Shown here one piece after another: positions 1-12,554 of a stretch of DNA of 49,941 nt. Origin of the DNA: Octopus bimaculoides (Eukaryota); NCBI RefSeq assembly GCF_001194135.2, contig NC_068982.1, positions 136,788,116 to 136,838,056 on the forward strand, written 5' to 3'. The notes beneath the pieces were generated by a model. The model did no database searches. It had not been told where the DNA came from and worked only from the letters and a program-made list of their open reading frames with translations. The position numbers were made by a program, and so were the translations under genes. Position 1 is the stretch's first letter; each line of letters opens with the position of its first letter.

Positions 1-2
1 AT

Positions 3-280
3 TACATCAAATACAGAAGAGACAACACATCAGAAAGTGATAATTGCAGAATTTGTCGACAAAATGGTGAAACCGTATGGCATGTTACTAGTCAATGTAC
101 ACCATTAGCCCAGAAAGAGTATAAGAGACGTCATGGTAACATAGCAAGGATTGTCCATTTGACACTTTGCAACAAGTACGGACTTGACAGTGCAAAAAGT
201 GGTACGAACATAAACCCTAAGGAATTATCGAAAATGATAATGCAAAGATCCTATAGGATTTTATGATTCAGTGCGACCAT
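3..280 (+). mobile_element. Decayed RLE-type (R4/Dong-like) non-LTR retrotransposon ORF, C-terminal CCHC knuckle region
   Basis: Frame from nt 3 reads ...DNCRICRQNGETVWHVTSQCTPLAQKEYKRRHGNIARIVHLTLCNKYGL; after a frameshift KWYEHKP*GIIENDNAKIL*DFMIQCDH. This is the CCHC + RH(D) + WYEHxP..EN..KILWDF pattern preceding the restriction-like endonuclease. It has stops and a frameshift. Confidence 0.8.
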
Positions 281-1083
281 CCTACACAGGATATAAAGAC
301 ACGACTACATTGATGATACAGTTCTTCTAATGCAAGCGGACTTCCAACTGGAGCCAATTAAGGAATCACGGTGATCCAAGAACTCTCTGACCACCAAGAT
401 TTAGTGGCCTCTCCCCAAATTCTTCTTCTCAGGTTTATATANNNNNNNNNNNNNNNNNNNNNNNNNNNNNNNNNNNNNNNNNNNNNNNNNNNNNNNNNNN
501 NNNNNNNNNNNNNNNNNNNNNNNNNNNNNNNNNNNNNNNNNNNNNNNNNNNNNNNNNNNNNNNNNNNNNNNNNNNNNNNNNNNNNNNNNNNNNNNNNNNN
601 NNNNNNNNNNNNNNNNNNNNNNNNNNNNNNNNNNNNNNNNNNNNNNNNNNNNNNNNNNNNNNNNNNNNNNNNNNNNNNNNNNNNNNNNNNNNNNNNNNNN
701 NNNNNNNNNNNNNNNNNNNNNNNNNNNNNNNNNNNNNNNNNNNNNNNNNNNNNNNNNNNNNNNNNNNNNNNNNNNNNNNNNNNNNNNNNNNNNNNNNNNN
801 NNNNNNNNNNNNNNNNNNNNNNNNNNNNNNNNNNNNNNNNNNNNNNNNNNNNNNNNNNNNNNNNNNNNNNNNNNNNNNNNNNNNNNNNNNNNNNNNNNNN
901 NNNNNNNNNNNNNNNNNNNNNNNNNNNNNNNNNNNNNNNNNNNNNNNNNNNNNNNNNNNNNNNNNNNNNNNNNNNNNNNNNNNNNNNNNNNNNNNNNNNN
1001 NNNNNNNNNNNNNNNNNNNNNNNNNNNNNNNNNNNNNNNNNNNNNNNNNNNNNNNNNNNNNNNNNNNNNNNNNNNNNNNNNNC

Positions 1084-1395
1084 AGCTCCCCATTATGTCG
1101 TATATGCCAACAACAAAATGAGACTATCGATCATATTGTCTCCATGTGCAGTGTGCTTGCACCTACAGAGTATCTCAACAGGCATGATAGAGCTGCACGA
1201 CATATTCACTGGGTAATATGCAAAAACCTGGACTTACCCCATGATAAAAACTGGTGGGAACACAAACCACCCCCACAATACGACCACATTCTAAAGACTG
1301 AAACAAGTCAAAGATAAAAAAACGGAACTGACTGCTCATTCTATTATAAATGCATGACCGAGTATTCCGTAGACACAGACATATCAGCCTGTGAG
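1084..1395 (+). mobile_element. Second, divergent R4/Dong-like fragment (CCHC knuckle, degenerate RLE start)
   Basis: SSPLCRICQQQNETIDHIVSMCSVLAPTEYLNRHDRAARHIHWVICKNLDLPHDKNWWEHKPPP, then frameshifted remnants (VKDKKT...VDTDIS) resembling the RLE domain. Confidence 0.8.
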
Positions 1396-3267
1396 AAGCT
1401 GTGTGATGAAACCATTTCAACGCAGATCCAGTTTACGTTCGCAAAGCTTGATTTGACCCGGATCTCACAAAAACGACAATAGCCCAAGATACCAAGCACT
1501 GGAGTCTAATAGAACCCAGCACTTTAAGACCACGAAGTCTGAACCCATTTATATACATCTCCCACACACATCCACACACATGCGTACACATTCATATAGG
1601 TATTGAGAGAATCGTTCGATATTTAACCCTGTGATGAGCATACCCAATAATATTAGTCACTTCAAATACCACACTTCTTTGAGAATACAATAAAATTAAA
1701 GGCTTGTTCTATATCTAACGATTCTTTACATTTGAACAACATGATGCTAGTAATTATAACATTTTCCAAACTGCTATATACTTTACTGTTGTAGCATTTC
1801 CAACCCTTCTTTTTGTCATGCCAACCGTTTTATGCTTATAGGTAAATTAGTCGTTATAGTCATAGGGTTAATGTTTTCGGGCAACATAATGCGCTGTTTA
1901 CTAATTCCGTAAGAACAGTAGAATTGAACGCACTAATGATAGCATGAATTGTAATAACAATGGAAGAATAAATGGTGCTGCATTTAATTAATTAGGACAG
2001 TGCTCTTTCAAAGAGCTTTCCTTTTCCTGGAATGTTAGACTGCATATCTTATTGGGGCATGTCAAACTTTTAAGATCTTAATGTATGGGCAACATCCATC
2101 TCTCTTTTTACATACTGGTTGCAGGAATCCAACATAGGTTTAGACTTCATTAAAAATCGATATAGCAAAAAGAAGAGTAAGGACAAACGGAAATTTATAC
2201 TCTTTTCTTAAGTTTAATCTTTTTAACTAGACAGAAATTTCATTTCTCTTTTAATATCAGACAAAACGCAACAGAGAGAAATGAAACTAAATAGAAAAAC
2301 CAGCCAATGGCTCGAAAGCTTTGGGCTAAACGCTAAAATGGGTCTGGTTTAAACTGTAGAAGGACAAATGCCTTGCCATAAATAATCTTTAAAAATAGCA
2401 AAAACTAATATACTAATTGTAAGTGTAAAATAAGACGACTAACCACATTATTTTCAGTTAAAAATATTTTTGAGTATATATGGTATCTATGTTTATTGGG
2501 CAATATGCCTACATCTGGATGTAAAAACAGTAAGACGTAGCTTCTTTTCAAAATGTTATCAGTAAACAGAAAGTCACTATCTTAATATTTATCTCCCATA
2601 TAAAAACAAAAATAAAAGAGAACGAAGTACGAATGAAAATCTTGTCGAATTGTTACATACATACAACGCTGCAACATTACACCCCAAACTTACAAGAATA
2701 ATAATAGAGACATAAGCAATGAAGAATAAGAAGTGAAGAAAAACATGGCATAAGACACCATAGCGACTGTTAAATAATTTGTAGAAGGATGAGGGGTGGG
2801 GTGAAATGGTATGATCTCAAGATTAAAATACTTAAACTTATTGACAGAATACACATTGAAAATACATAACAGTATCTAATGACACGTAAATAAATATTCT
2901 GTTGAAGCGAATTATATCACAAGAGAGATTACTATACAAAACTGATAATTCTGGACAGTAGAAATATTACAACGAAGTAGAGACGATCACATTTACACTG
3001 AATGAGAACTCAAAACAAAACTAAGAACATGTAAGAAACCAACCATGGAAGGAATAACCACCGGGGTGGAACAAATTAAATATAGAGAGAGTAAACAAAA
3101 AAAATTAACAGCTTAAATGCTTATGAAGAGCCTAAATGTCCCCACAGAAACGCAAATAAATACAGAACTGCAGAATAACAACAAATCTCAAGTCAGATCA
3201 ACCAGAAGCAACAGTGAAGTGTGTCTGATTGAAAAACAATAATAATAGATGGTGATGAATAGAAGAA

Positions 3268-3401
3268 GCATATTTATTCGAGCCTCATAGGATGAAAGGC
3301 GAAGTAAACTTCAGTGGAAGTTGAACTCAGAATGTAATAAGTCGAATGAGATACCACTTGGTATTTTTCCGACACAGTATCGATTCTGTCAGCTCGCCGC
3401 C
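3268..3401 (-). mobile_element. SINE group B, degenerate copy
   Basis: Matches the reverse complement of the 5960 copy (ggatgaaaggc...gaactcagaa...gattctgtcagctcgcc). Confidence 0.7.
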
Positions 3402-3412
3402 CTGTGATTGAC

Positions 3413-3462
<50 letters not shown>

Positions 3463-3484
3463 TGATGATGATGATGATGATGAT
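3413..3484. repeat. (AAT)n-(GAT)n compound microsatellite
   Basis: Seen directly. Confidence 0.95.
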
Positions 3485-3769
3485 AGTTTTCTATTGAATC
3501 GTACGTCCCGTAAATGAGAAGTGGTGTATGGCTGATTATATGAAGCTCAGCATTTGGCAGGTACCTATTTCACCTACCAATCCGATATCAAGGAAAAGAT
3601 AACTCGTCCACGACAGGGTTAGTATTCAGAATATAAAGAAACATGGCTAAATACTACACTATATTTTTTATTAACGTTCTACCAATCCTGCAATTCAATT
3701 TCACTGTTCCTCTTTCATAAGGCTACGCAGCCTTATTAAAATAATCGAGAACATTCAGGAACTCTGGTC

Positions 3770-4063
3770 CTCCGTCGGTTAAAACGCTGAGTGTTTCAGT
3801 TGATATCGATCAACGGAACAACCTGCTCGTGAAACTAAAGTGCAAGTGGCTGAGCTCTCCACAGACATGTGTACCTTTAATGTAGTTCTCATGGAGATTC
3901 AGTGTGACACAGAATGCGACAAGGCTGGCAATTTGAAATAGAGGTTAAAACCAATTTTTGTCACCTGAGTAGACCGGAACAACGTGTAATAAAGTGTCAT
4001 TCTCAAGGGCACAACGCGCGGCCGGGAAGAATCGAACTCACGAATACCCTAACCACTAAGCCA
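3770..4063 (-). mobile_element. tRNA-derived SINE: D-type head/CORE-like body + A-type tail, diverged
   Basis: Tail matches 12556-12720 (ccgtcg...gatcaacggaaca.cctgctcgtgaaa..aa.gtgcaagtggctgag). The head on the minus strand is tggcttagtggttaggg...gagttcgattc, followed by gttgtgcccttgagaatgacacttta. Confidence 0.75.
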
Positions 4064-4218
4064 GACCCATTCACTCAGGAACTCTGGGTGACAGGGGAAG
4101 ACAGAGAGGGAGACAGAGAGTAGGGAAGGAGTGACACGTCATTAACAAGGCAAGCAAACTTCTAATTTTGATCCATTTTGAATTTCTTCTTGGCTATACT
4201 CTATTCTTTGTGCATCAA

Positions 4219-4441
4219 TACTCTTTTACTCATTCATTTGTTTCAGTCATTTGACTGCAGCCATGCTGGAGCACCGCTTTTTAGTCGAGCAAATCGACCC
4301 CAGGACTTATTCTATCAGCATCTTTTGCCGAACCGCTAAGTTACGGGGACGTAAATATACCACCATCGGTTGTCAAGTGATGTTGGGGGAACAAACACAG
4401 ACACAGAAACATATGCACACACATACACACACACATATGTG
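4219..4441 (-). mobile_element. SINE group C, 3' half, running into a gap at its internal microsatellite
   Basis: tttcagtcatttgactgcagccatgctggagcaccgc...gccgaaccgctaagttacggggacgtaa, shared with 28676 and 37416. Confidence 0.85.
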
Positions 4442-4925
4442 NNNNNNNNNNNNNNNNNNNNNNNNNNNNNNNNNNNNNNNNNNNNNNNNNNNNNNNNNNN
4501 NNNNNNNNNNNNNNNNNNNNNNNNNNNNNNNNNNNNNNNNNNNNNNNNNNNNNNNNNNNNNNNNNNNNNNNNNNNNNNNNNNNNNNNNNNNNNNNNNNNN
4601 NNNNNNNNNNNNNNNNNNNNNNNNNNNNNNNNNNNNNNNNNNNNNNNNNNNNNNNNNNNNNNNNNNNNNNNNNNNNNNNNNNNNNNNNNNNNNNNNNNNN
4701 NNNNNNNNNNNNNNNNNNNNNNNNNNNNNNNNNNNNNNNNNNNNNNNNNNNNNNNNNNNNNNNNNNNNNNNNNNNNNNNNNNNNNNNNNNNNNNNNNNNN
4801 NNNNNNNNNNNNNNNNNNNNNNNNNNNNNNNNNNNNNNNNNNNNNNNNNNNNNNNNNNNNNNNNNNNNNNNNNNNNNNNNNNNNNNNNNNNNNNNNNNNN
4901 NNNNNNNNNNNNNNNNNNNNNNNNN

Positions 4926-4926
4926 N

Positions 4927-4995
<69 letters not shown>

Positions 4996-5170
4996 GAGTT
5001 TGTCCGTTCATGTATGTGTTTGTCCCCTATCACTGCTTCACAACCGGTATTGGTGAATTTACGTCCCCGTAACTTGGCGGTTCGTCAAGTAGAAGGCTTT
5101 GCAAAAAGAAAAAAAAAGATTAATAGTGAAGTTTATTCGTTCGACTAAAATGCTCCAGCATGGCCACCGT
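4926..5170 (+). mobile_element. SINE group C, 3' half preceded by (TG)n
   Basis: tgtttgtcccc...tttacgtccccgtaacttggcggttcg...gctccagcatggcc, the reverse complement of 4219-4400. Confidence 0.75.
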
Positions 5171-5959
5171 TTATAAGGTAAAATGCAAAAGCATGATATA
5201 TTTCAGCTTGGGTACGTGACCAATGTGCAATAGAAAATTCAGCAGGAAAATAATGTAAACAATTGTTTATCTACTTTAACTTCTCTTGTTCATTTCATTC
5301 ATTTTGAGGCCATCAAGTAATCACAACAGATTAAACTTGATACATTCTTCCAGCAGCGGCATAGCTTAGATATCAAAATATTTGAAAATGGTAACAAAAA
5401 AAATTACCAAGTCGAAATTATTTTCAGCAAAATTATTGGTTGTAAAATTTGTTCTAGAAGTCGTATAGTTGTTTTCTTACGATTTAGCTTATAGCTTTTC
5501 AACAAGTTGCAAAGAAAGAAATATAACAGATCTGGGATACCTGAAGCGGTAGGATATATATACTCGTACTGAATTATCCTATATATAAACATATATATGC
5601 GTGTATATCTCGATGTGATTGCTTAGAAGTTGCATATCTATGATTCATATGTGTTTGTCGTTATTGCAAACTATGGTGATAGTGAATTCGAAAATATGAG
5701 ATTGCGATAAGTATTTCATCCAGAGATGTAGGATTGCAACTTATTCTGATAAGACTCTGGAAAAACCATATATATGTATATATATATAACTTGACTCGAA
5801 TCTGAGAGTCTAGTTATTTACTCTACAAACGTAAGTCCGACAAAATATAAATAAGTTCGGCCCAGGTTGTCTTTATTGACACAATATCTTGTCGGATCTT
5901 TAGTTATAGATTAAATATTCATGTATGTCTGTGTAACACATTTTTAATAGATATATATA

Positions 5960-6128
5960 AAGGCGAGCTGGCAGAATCGTTAGCAGACAGGGCAAAATGT
6001 TTAATGGCATTTCATTCGTCCTTATGTTCTGAGTTCATTTCCTGCCGGGGATCGACTTGGCCTTTCATCCTTTCGGAGTTGATAAAATAAGTATTAGTTG
6101 AGCACTAGGGTCGATGTAACTGACTTAG
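5960..6128 (+). mobile_element. SINE group B (tRNA-like head, gcctttcatcctttcgg central motif)
   Basis: ggcgagctggcagaatcgttagc (A-box-like)...gttctgagttca(t)ttcc (B-box-like)...gcctttcatcctttcggagttgataaaataagta...gggtcgatgtaa; ~9 related copies in the window. Confidence 0.8.
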
Positions 6129-6250
6129 TTATGGTTTAATAATTGACATGACTCCCATCACTATCACACATAGATAGGAAGAGATAAACATGAAACTCAT
6201 AGATCCAACTTCTCTGCTCTTTTTTAAAGTTCCTATTATTATTTTCTCTC

Positions 6251-6324
6251 TGCACTGATGAGCACTATGATAATTTCCAAATTCAAATATGAATTTATAT
6301 CTATGTATGAAACAATTGTATGCA
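6251..6324 (+). ncRNA. Type I hammerhead ribozyme motif (palindromic stem III, GUA site)
   Basis: tgca-CTGATGA-G...47-nt stem II region containing aaattca/tgaattt...T-GAAA-CAATTG-TA-tgca. Stem I is tgca/tgca (4 bp), stem III is the palindrome ACAATTGT, and the base of stem II is irregular. Confidence 0.6.
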
Positions 6325-6834
6325 TGAATAAACTTCTTACAACTTTTTAACATCTTATTTCGTCTATTTTTGACAAATATGATTAGGACTTCATTCCATA
6401 AATTAATCATACATTATATACATACATATATATATATATANNNNNNNNNNNNNNNNNNNNNNNNNNNNNNNNNNNNNNNNNNNNNNNNNNNNNNNNNNNN
6501 NNNNNNNNNNNNNNNNNNNNNNNNNNNNNNNNNNNNNNNNNNNNNNNNNNNNNNNNNNNNNNNNNNNNNNNNNNNNNNNNNNNNNNNNNNNNNNNNNNNN
6601 NNNNNNNNNNNNNNNNNNNNNNNNNNNNNNNNNNNNNNNNNNNNNNNNNNNNNNNNNNNNNNNNNNNNNNNNNNNNNNNNNNNNNNNNNNNNNNNNNNNN
6701 NNNNNNNAGTTTGACGCATCGTTAAAACGGCTCTTCCCACGGACCGCAAATTAAATTTGCATACACAAATTAAACCTGTGCCATGGAGGAAAGTAGTGGC
6801 GGACAAAAAACAAGACAGGAAAACAAACGGAAAA

Positions 6835-6871
<37 letters not shown>

Positions 6872-7825
6872 ATACATCCTGAAACAAAATACATTAGCCA
6901 TAAATGTGGATTTGTCAACGATTACAGTCAGTTTATGTTGCGATGAAAACGTTATATGAGGCACAAAGTTGTTTCCGACTCGTAGTTGGAGATTAATCGC
7001 AAATGTAAAGATTTATATTACATTATGACACTTAAAGATGAATGCTTAAATTGAGGAGAGAATGAAAGGATAGGATGCGATGGATCTAACGAAACATGAG
7101 GAAACATGAGGAAATATATATATAATTTAATATTTATGTATCTTTAAAAGGACTGAATGCGAGATCGTCCTTTTATTAGAATAATTTCAAAAGATTTTCT
7201 AACGTTTTTTCTTCATACTTTACTGGTGAATTTACTAGTGTAAATTTGTGTAGATGTGAAAACTTATATAGATATATGAAGTATATTATTTAACTTATCA
7301 AATACAGTTCAACAAATATGGATATCTAATATTATCTATATTAGATATCAACATAGATAACAGTTTTTACTACTCATGTTGCTATACAATTGTTTCGTGG
7401 ATCTGAGTTGTCAGAAAGTATTATCGGTAGCTTAAAAACTTTCTGACAACTCAAATCCTCAAATGTGAATATCATATCTTTCTATACGAAACAACCGTAT
7501 AGCAACATGAGAAATAAAAACTATTATCAATATTAACATCTAACCTCCTCCATTTACATAAATATGAATGAATTTGTTGAACTCTGTTTAATAAGTTAAA
7601 ACATATACTTAAAATATATGTATATATATGTGTGTGTGTGTGTGTGTGNNNNNNNNNNNNNNNNNNNNNNNNNNNNNNNNNNNNNNNNNNNNNNNNNNNN
7701 NNNNNNNNNNNNNNNNNNNNNNNNNNNNNNNNNNNNNNNNNNNNNNNNGTGTGTGTGTTATTCTATATTACTTCGAGAAAGGATTCCACAATTTCCGCTA
7801 GCCAAATTCATTCACAAGCAATATT

Positions 7826-8038
7826 GTTTTTCTACTCTTGGCACAACCCCCGAAATTTTGGGTCATGGTGCCAGTCGATCAGATCGACCCCAGTAGGCAA
7901 CTGTTACTTAATTTATGAACCCCCAAAGGATAAAATACAAAGTCGGCCTCGACGGAATTTGAACTCAGAACGTAAAGATAGATTAAAATACCGCTAACCA
8001 TTTCGCCCGGCGTGCTAACGTTTCTGCCAGCTCGCCGC
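7826..8038 (-). mobile_element. SINE group B, near full length
   Basis: ...gatcgaccccagt...gtcggcctcgacggaatttgaactcagaacgtaaag...catttcgcccggcgtgctaacgtttctgccagctcgcc. Confidence 0.85.
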
Positions 8039-8626
8039 TTTATTCACAAACAATATTAATCGCCCAGAGCTATACTCGCTGTAACTTAACCAAATGTCGA
8101 GCAAGTGGAAAAAGTCCTGAAACCACGTTACTGAGTAGCTGCAAAGAGAGTCTCTCAACCAGACGGCCATGCTTGCGTCTACAGAAATTAGTAAAACATT
8201 TTCTTCAATCCTATGTATGCATATGCGCATGCACACTGACGCAAACGCATGCGCACAAACAAACAAACAAACAAGAAGAATGCAGCTCCGATAACGGACA
8301 GAGTCAGCCATTATTGAAAAGGTTGCAAGACCAACAAGAATTTTAGAAAAAATGAGTAAATGAGTGGAAATCGAACCGGTGAGTGTGTTAAATAAAAAAG
8401 GCACTAAAAGAGAATGACTCTCCCTAGACACAATAAAACTTGCTTCAACACACGAATTCACATAAAGAATCTTGCAAACCATGTACAAGGACGAAAGAAA
8501 ATTTCTTCCTTACATCAATATCTACGGTTGATGAAATTTGTAGAATATTCTTTGCCATTGGACACATAATATCCCAATATTACTATTTCATGTAACCTTG
8601 TATCTGCTATATATTATTTCTACATG

Positions 8627-8674
<48 letters not shown>

Positions 8675-8698
8675 ATCATCATCATCATCATCATCATC
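8627..8698. repeat. (ATT)n-(ATC)n microsatellite
   Basis: Seen directly. Confidence 0.95.
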
Positions 8699-8904
8699 CT
8701 TATTTATTTATTTATATATTTTTTTTTGTTTCGTTTACATTTATTGTTGGTAAATTATTGTAATTTCCTTCAATATTCAACAAATTTTAGAATATATTAT
8801 GAAAGTTGTGTAATATCCTCTCCTAAAATTCGTATTCCATTTCAATTTATTGCAAGATCGTTTATTTTTATGTACATAGATAAGGTAATTTTGTCAAGAC
8901 GACA

Positions 8905-9141
8905 ACGAGGAGGAGGAGGGGGAGAAGGAGGATGAGAAGGATGAGAAGGACGAAGAGCAGGATGGCGATGGTGATGATAACGGCATCGTCGGTAAAGGTG
9001 GCGGTGGGAGTATTGATGTAGGTGTTGGTGGTTGTTTTGAAGATGTTGGTGGTGGTACTTGTGGTGGTGGTACTTGTGGGGGCGATGATGATGCCGAGAA
9101 GGGCGCAAAGGAGAAGGGAGAGGAGTACGAAGAATGTAGAA

Positions 9142-9172
<31 letters not shown>

Positions 9173-9180
9173 TGGAAGAA

Positions 9181-9215
<35 letters not shown>

Positions 9216-9339
9216 AGAAGAAGAAGAAGAAGAAGAAGAAGAAGAAGAAGAAGAAGAAGAAGAAGAAGAAGAAGAAGAAGAAGAAGAAGAAGAAGAAGAA
9301 GAAGAAGAAGAAGAAGAAGAAGAAGAAGAAGAAGAAGAA
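8905..9339. repeat. Compound trinucleotide array ending in a long (GAA)n
   Basis: GAC/GGA/GAT/GGT/GTT blocks followed by ~200 nt of GAA; source of the poly-E ORF. Confidence 0.95.
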
Positions 9340-9461
9340 ACTGTTGCGTTTGTGATGATAACGATAATAATAATATTGATTGTAATGTCAGAGATAATGC
9401 TGTGATGTTATGATCCTGCTACATTTTCAGTCGAATATCCATTTCATCAATAACATCGGTT

Positions 9462-9628
9462 CCGATCCACCCTAGTCCTCATCTGGTATTTATTTATATC
9501 GATCTTGAAAGGATTAAAGGCAAAAGCGACGGCCTCGCCTTAATTTGCACTCAAAATGTTAGAGACTGACGCAATGCTGCCAAGCATTTTGCCCCCAGCG
9601 TGCTAACGATTCTGCCGGCTCCTCGCCT
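9462..9628 (-). mobile_element. SINE group B, degenerate
   Basis: gaaaggattaaaggcaaaagcgac...gcgtgctaacgattctgccggctcctcgcc. Confidence 0.7.
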
Positions 9629-10141
9629 GAATTTCCTCATTGATATCAACATTGTTTGCATCAACGTTGTTAAAATATCATCGATATTTGAATCAACAGC
9701 ATTTACATTTAAATACCATCAAAATTGATGTTATGTATCATACTGATATTTGTACATTAAAACCGCCAACATTGATAGCGTTCTATCGTTTCGTATAATA
9801 AGTCTTGGTCATATCTATCATTCATTTCTCATCCGTTGTTACTTCCCCTACATGGTAAACTGTACATTAAGACTACCATAAACTAATGTTAATTTATAAA
9901 AACATTCTTTCGTGCAGTTTCGTATATAGCATTGAGTTAGATATCTTTATCTTCAGTGTTCAAATCCGATGCTGATAAACGTCCCTTCGTAAGTTTTCCA
10001 GTAACCTTACTTTAGTAGCATATGTACTAATGTATTACTCAATGATAAACTTACTAATCTATTACTCAATGGTAAACTTACTACAAAACCTGTAACACCG
10101 TGCTGACTTTTCCTCACCTGTCTCTCTCTCTCCCTCGCTAA

Positions 10142-10186
<45 letters not shown>

Positions 10187-10521
10187 GGGGGGGGATGTAT
10201 ACACACACATATATGTATGTGTGTATGTGTATTTGTACATCTGTAAATAGATAGATAGATAGATAAATAAAAAGATAGATATGAATCATGTTCGTAGAAG
10301 GAGTAAAATGGAGTGACCAACAAAGAAAAACAAAAAAAAGGCGNNNNNNNNNNNNNNNNNNNNNNNNNNNNNNNNNNNNNNNNNNNNNNNNNNNNNNNNN
10401 NNNNNNNNNNNNNNNNNNNNNNNNNNNNNNNNNNNNNNNNNNNNNNNNNNNNNNNNNNNNNNNNNNNNNNNNNNNNNNNNNNNNNNNNNNNNNNNNNNNN
10501 NNNNNNNNNNNNNNNNNNNNN

Positions 10522-10588
<67 letters not shown>

Positions 10589-10817
10589 ATGAGTGTGTGT
10601 ATGTGTTTGTGCGCGTGTTCGTCTTCCCACCATCGCTTGACAACCGATGTTGGTGTGTTTACGTGCACGAAACCCAGCGGTTCGGCAGAAATGACGATAG
10701 AATAAGCACCAGGCTTAGAAGGAATAAGTCCAGGGGTAGATTTCTTCCACCAAAAGGTGGTACTCCAGCATGGCCACAGTCAATTCACTAAAACAATTAC
10801 AAGAATAAAAGAATAAA
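10522..10817 (+). mobile_element. SINE group C, 3' half with internal (TG)n next to a gap
   Basis: catcgcttgacaaccgatgttggtgtgtttacg...gatagaataagcac...tactccagcatggccacagtc...aagaataaaagaata. Confidence 0.8.
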
Positions 10818-11028
10818 TTGTACATGGAATCAAGTCAGTTAATTGAAAACGCTGCGGAAAAAAGTAGAAAATCGAAATGAGAGAGCAGCGAGAAAGCGAA
10901 CAACAATGAATACATACATGCAAATATACATACATACACGCAAATTCATACATACATACATACATACATACATACACGCAAATGCATGCATACATACATA
11001 CATACACGCAAATGCATACATACATACA

Positions 11029-11062
<34 letters not shown>

Positions 11063-12554
11063 CAAAAAATACCCCGTTGCTGATGTTGAAATTCCAGCAT
11101 GGCCGCATTCAAATGACTGAAAAGAATAAAAGAATAAAAGAAAAAAATTATCTAACGACCCGATATCTGTCAACGGAAATGCAGCGTTTGTGCTACTCAA
11201 TACATTTTGTTGTCTTATATCAAGCATTCTTATTTGAACAGGTTGCCAAAATATCAATGCTTAAAAAAAATCAATGCTTAAACAAAATCCATACAAACAC
11301 ATCTTTAAATTTCGATCAACCAAAATATGGTTTTCTGTCGAAAAATGGTAGTATTGTCTTGTTTTGTGCCTGTGAAATAAATCTCATAATTTTCATTTTA
11401 AATCAAATTTTATTTTTAGGAGATCTGATTCATATCAGCAAAAGTAATTTGGGTGACGTTTTAGTAATAAAAAGCGTATTTTTAAAATGCAATTATATTT
11501 TACAACTAATTCTATTAACACAATTAGCAGCTAAAATGCAAATTTTCAATGCATTCATTGAATATTCAATTTGTCATCATTTTATATTTTATTAGCCTTA
11601 CCTTATTGAGGTCAATAAAGTTCCGAAACTTCAGTTATGCTCTATATTTCTCTACCAGTTTCTACTTTACTGTACATAGAGTTAACTCTGTATTATAACC
11701 ATCGAAGAAATAAGTCAGTTCACATTCACTGTTTAAATGAAGACATTGTGAACATAAATATGTACATTTAATTCAAAAAATCCTGAGATCCATAAAGTGC
11801 AGTGTGCTTACATTGAAAGAACATTAATTAAAAAGAATATAGAACACATTAAATTCACACGATACAAGAATGGGAGAAAATTTGCTGGAAATGACAAGTC
11901 ATCATCTTCAATTTTCTCATCTTAAACATTGTCGTTCACCTAATTCTGTCTTCTATTTTAACACATTATAAATAATACGGCGGTGAAAGCTTCTCTTACG
12001 AAATTATGAATATATAAATGGATGTGTCTTTTGTAAATGAGCAATGACTTGACATTTCCTTTAAATTATTAACTAAAGGTATGTTTTAATATATCAACAT
12101 TATTTTTTTTTTATGAATATGTAAACCTAAGCTATTAGCGGATGCCTAATCAGGTTTTATTTTTTTATAGAAAAGAATAACTTTGCTGACTTGTGCATTT
12201 AATAATCATTCAGTGAAACAGGGAACTTGGCTTTCACTGATATATCATTATGTTTCTGCTTTTACAGTTTCTTCACAAATAAATACTGTTCTGTCCTTAT
12301 GGATAAACGAATACACTGCAAGAGTGTAATAACCATATAATCGAAACTAACGGCAGTAACCATACGGAACGTAAGAACATTCTCTTAAGAACCAACAATC
12401 CACACGCTAACTCGAACTGTAAACTTTGAACTCCAACTTTAAGCAATCAACACATAAACTGTGGAATTGCACGATGGTTTTATTCAAACCACAAGGGTTA
12501 CACATAAAAGGGACAATACACAGGACAAATGGGTCAGGAGCTTATCGAATGATA

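Noticed and set aside
2295-2325. agcc-aat-ggct-cGAAAGCTT, resembling the right half of a minimal hammerhead
   Set aside because: No CUGANGA upstream and no stem I.
2921-3250. A-rich stretch with coding-like composition
   Set aside because: It might be a decayed LINE, but I found no diagnostic motif in any frame.
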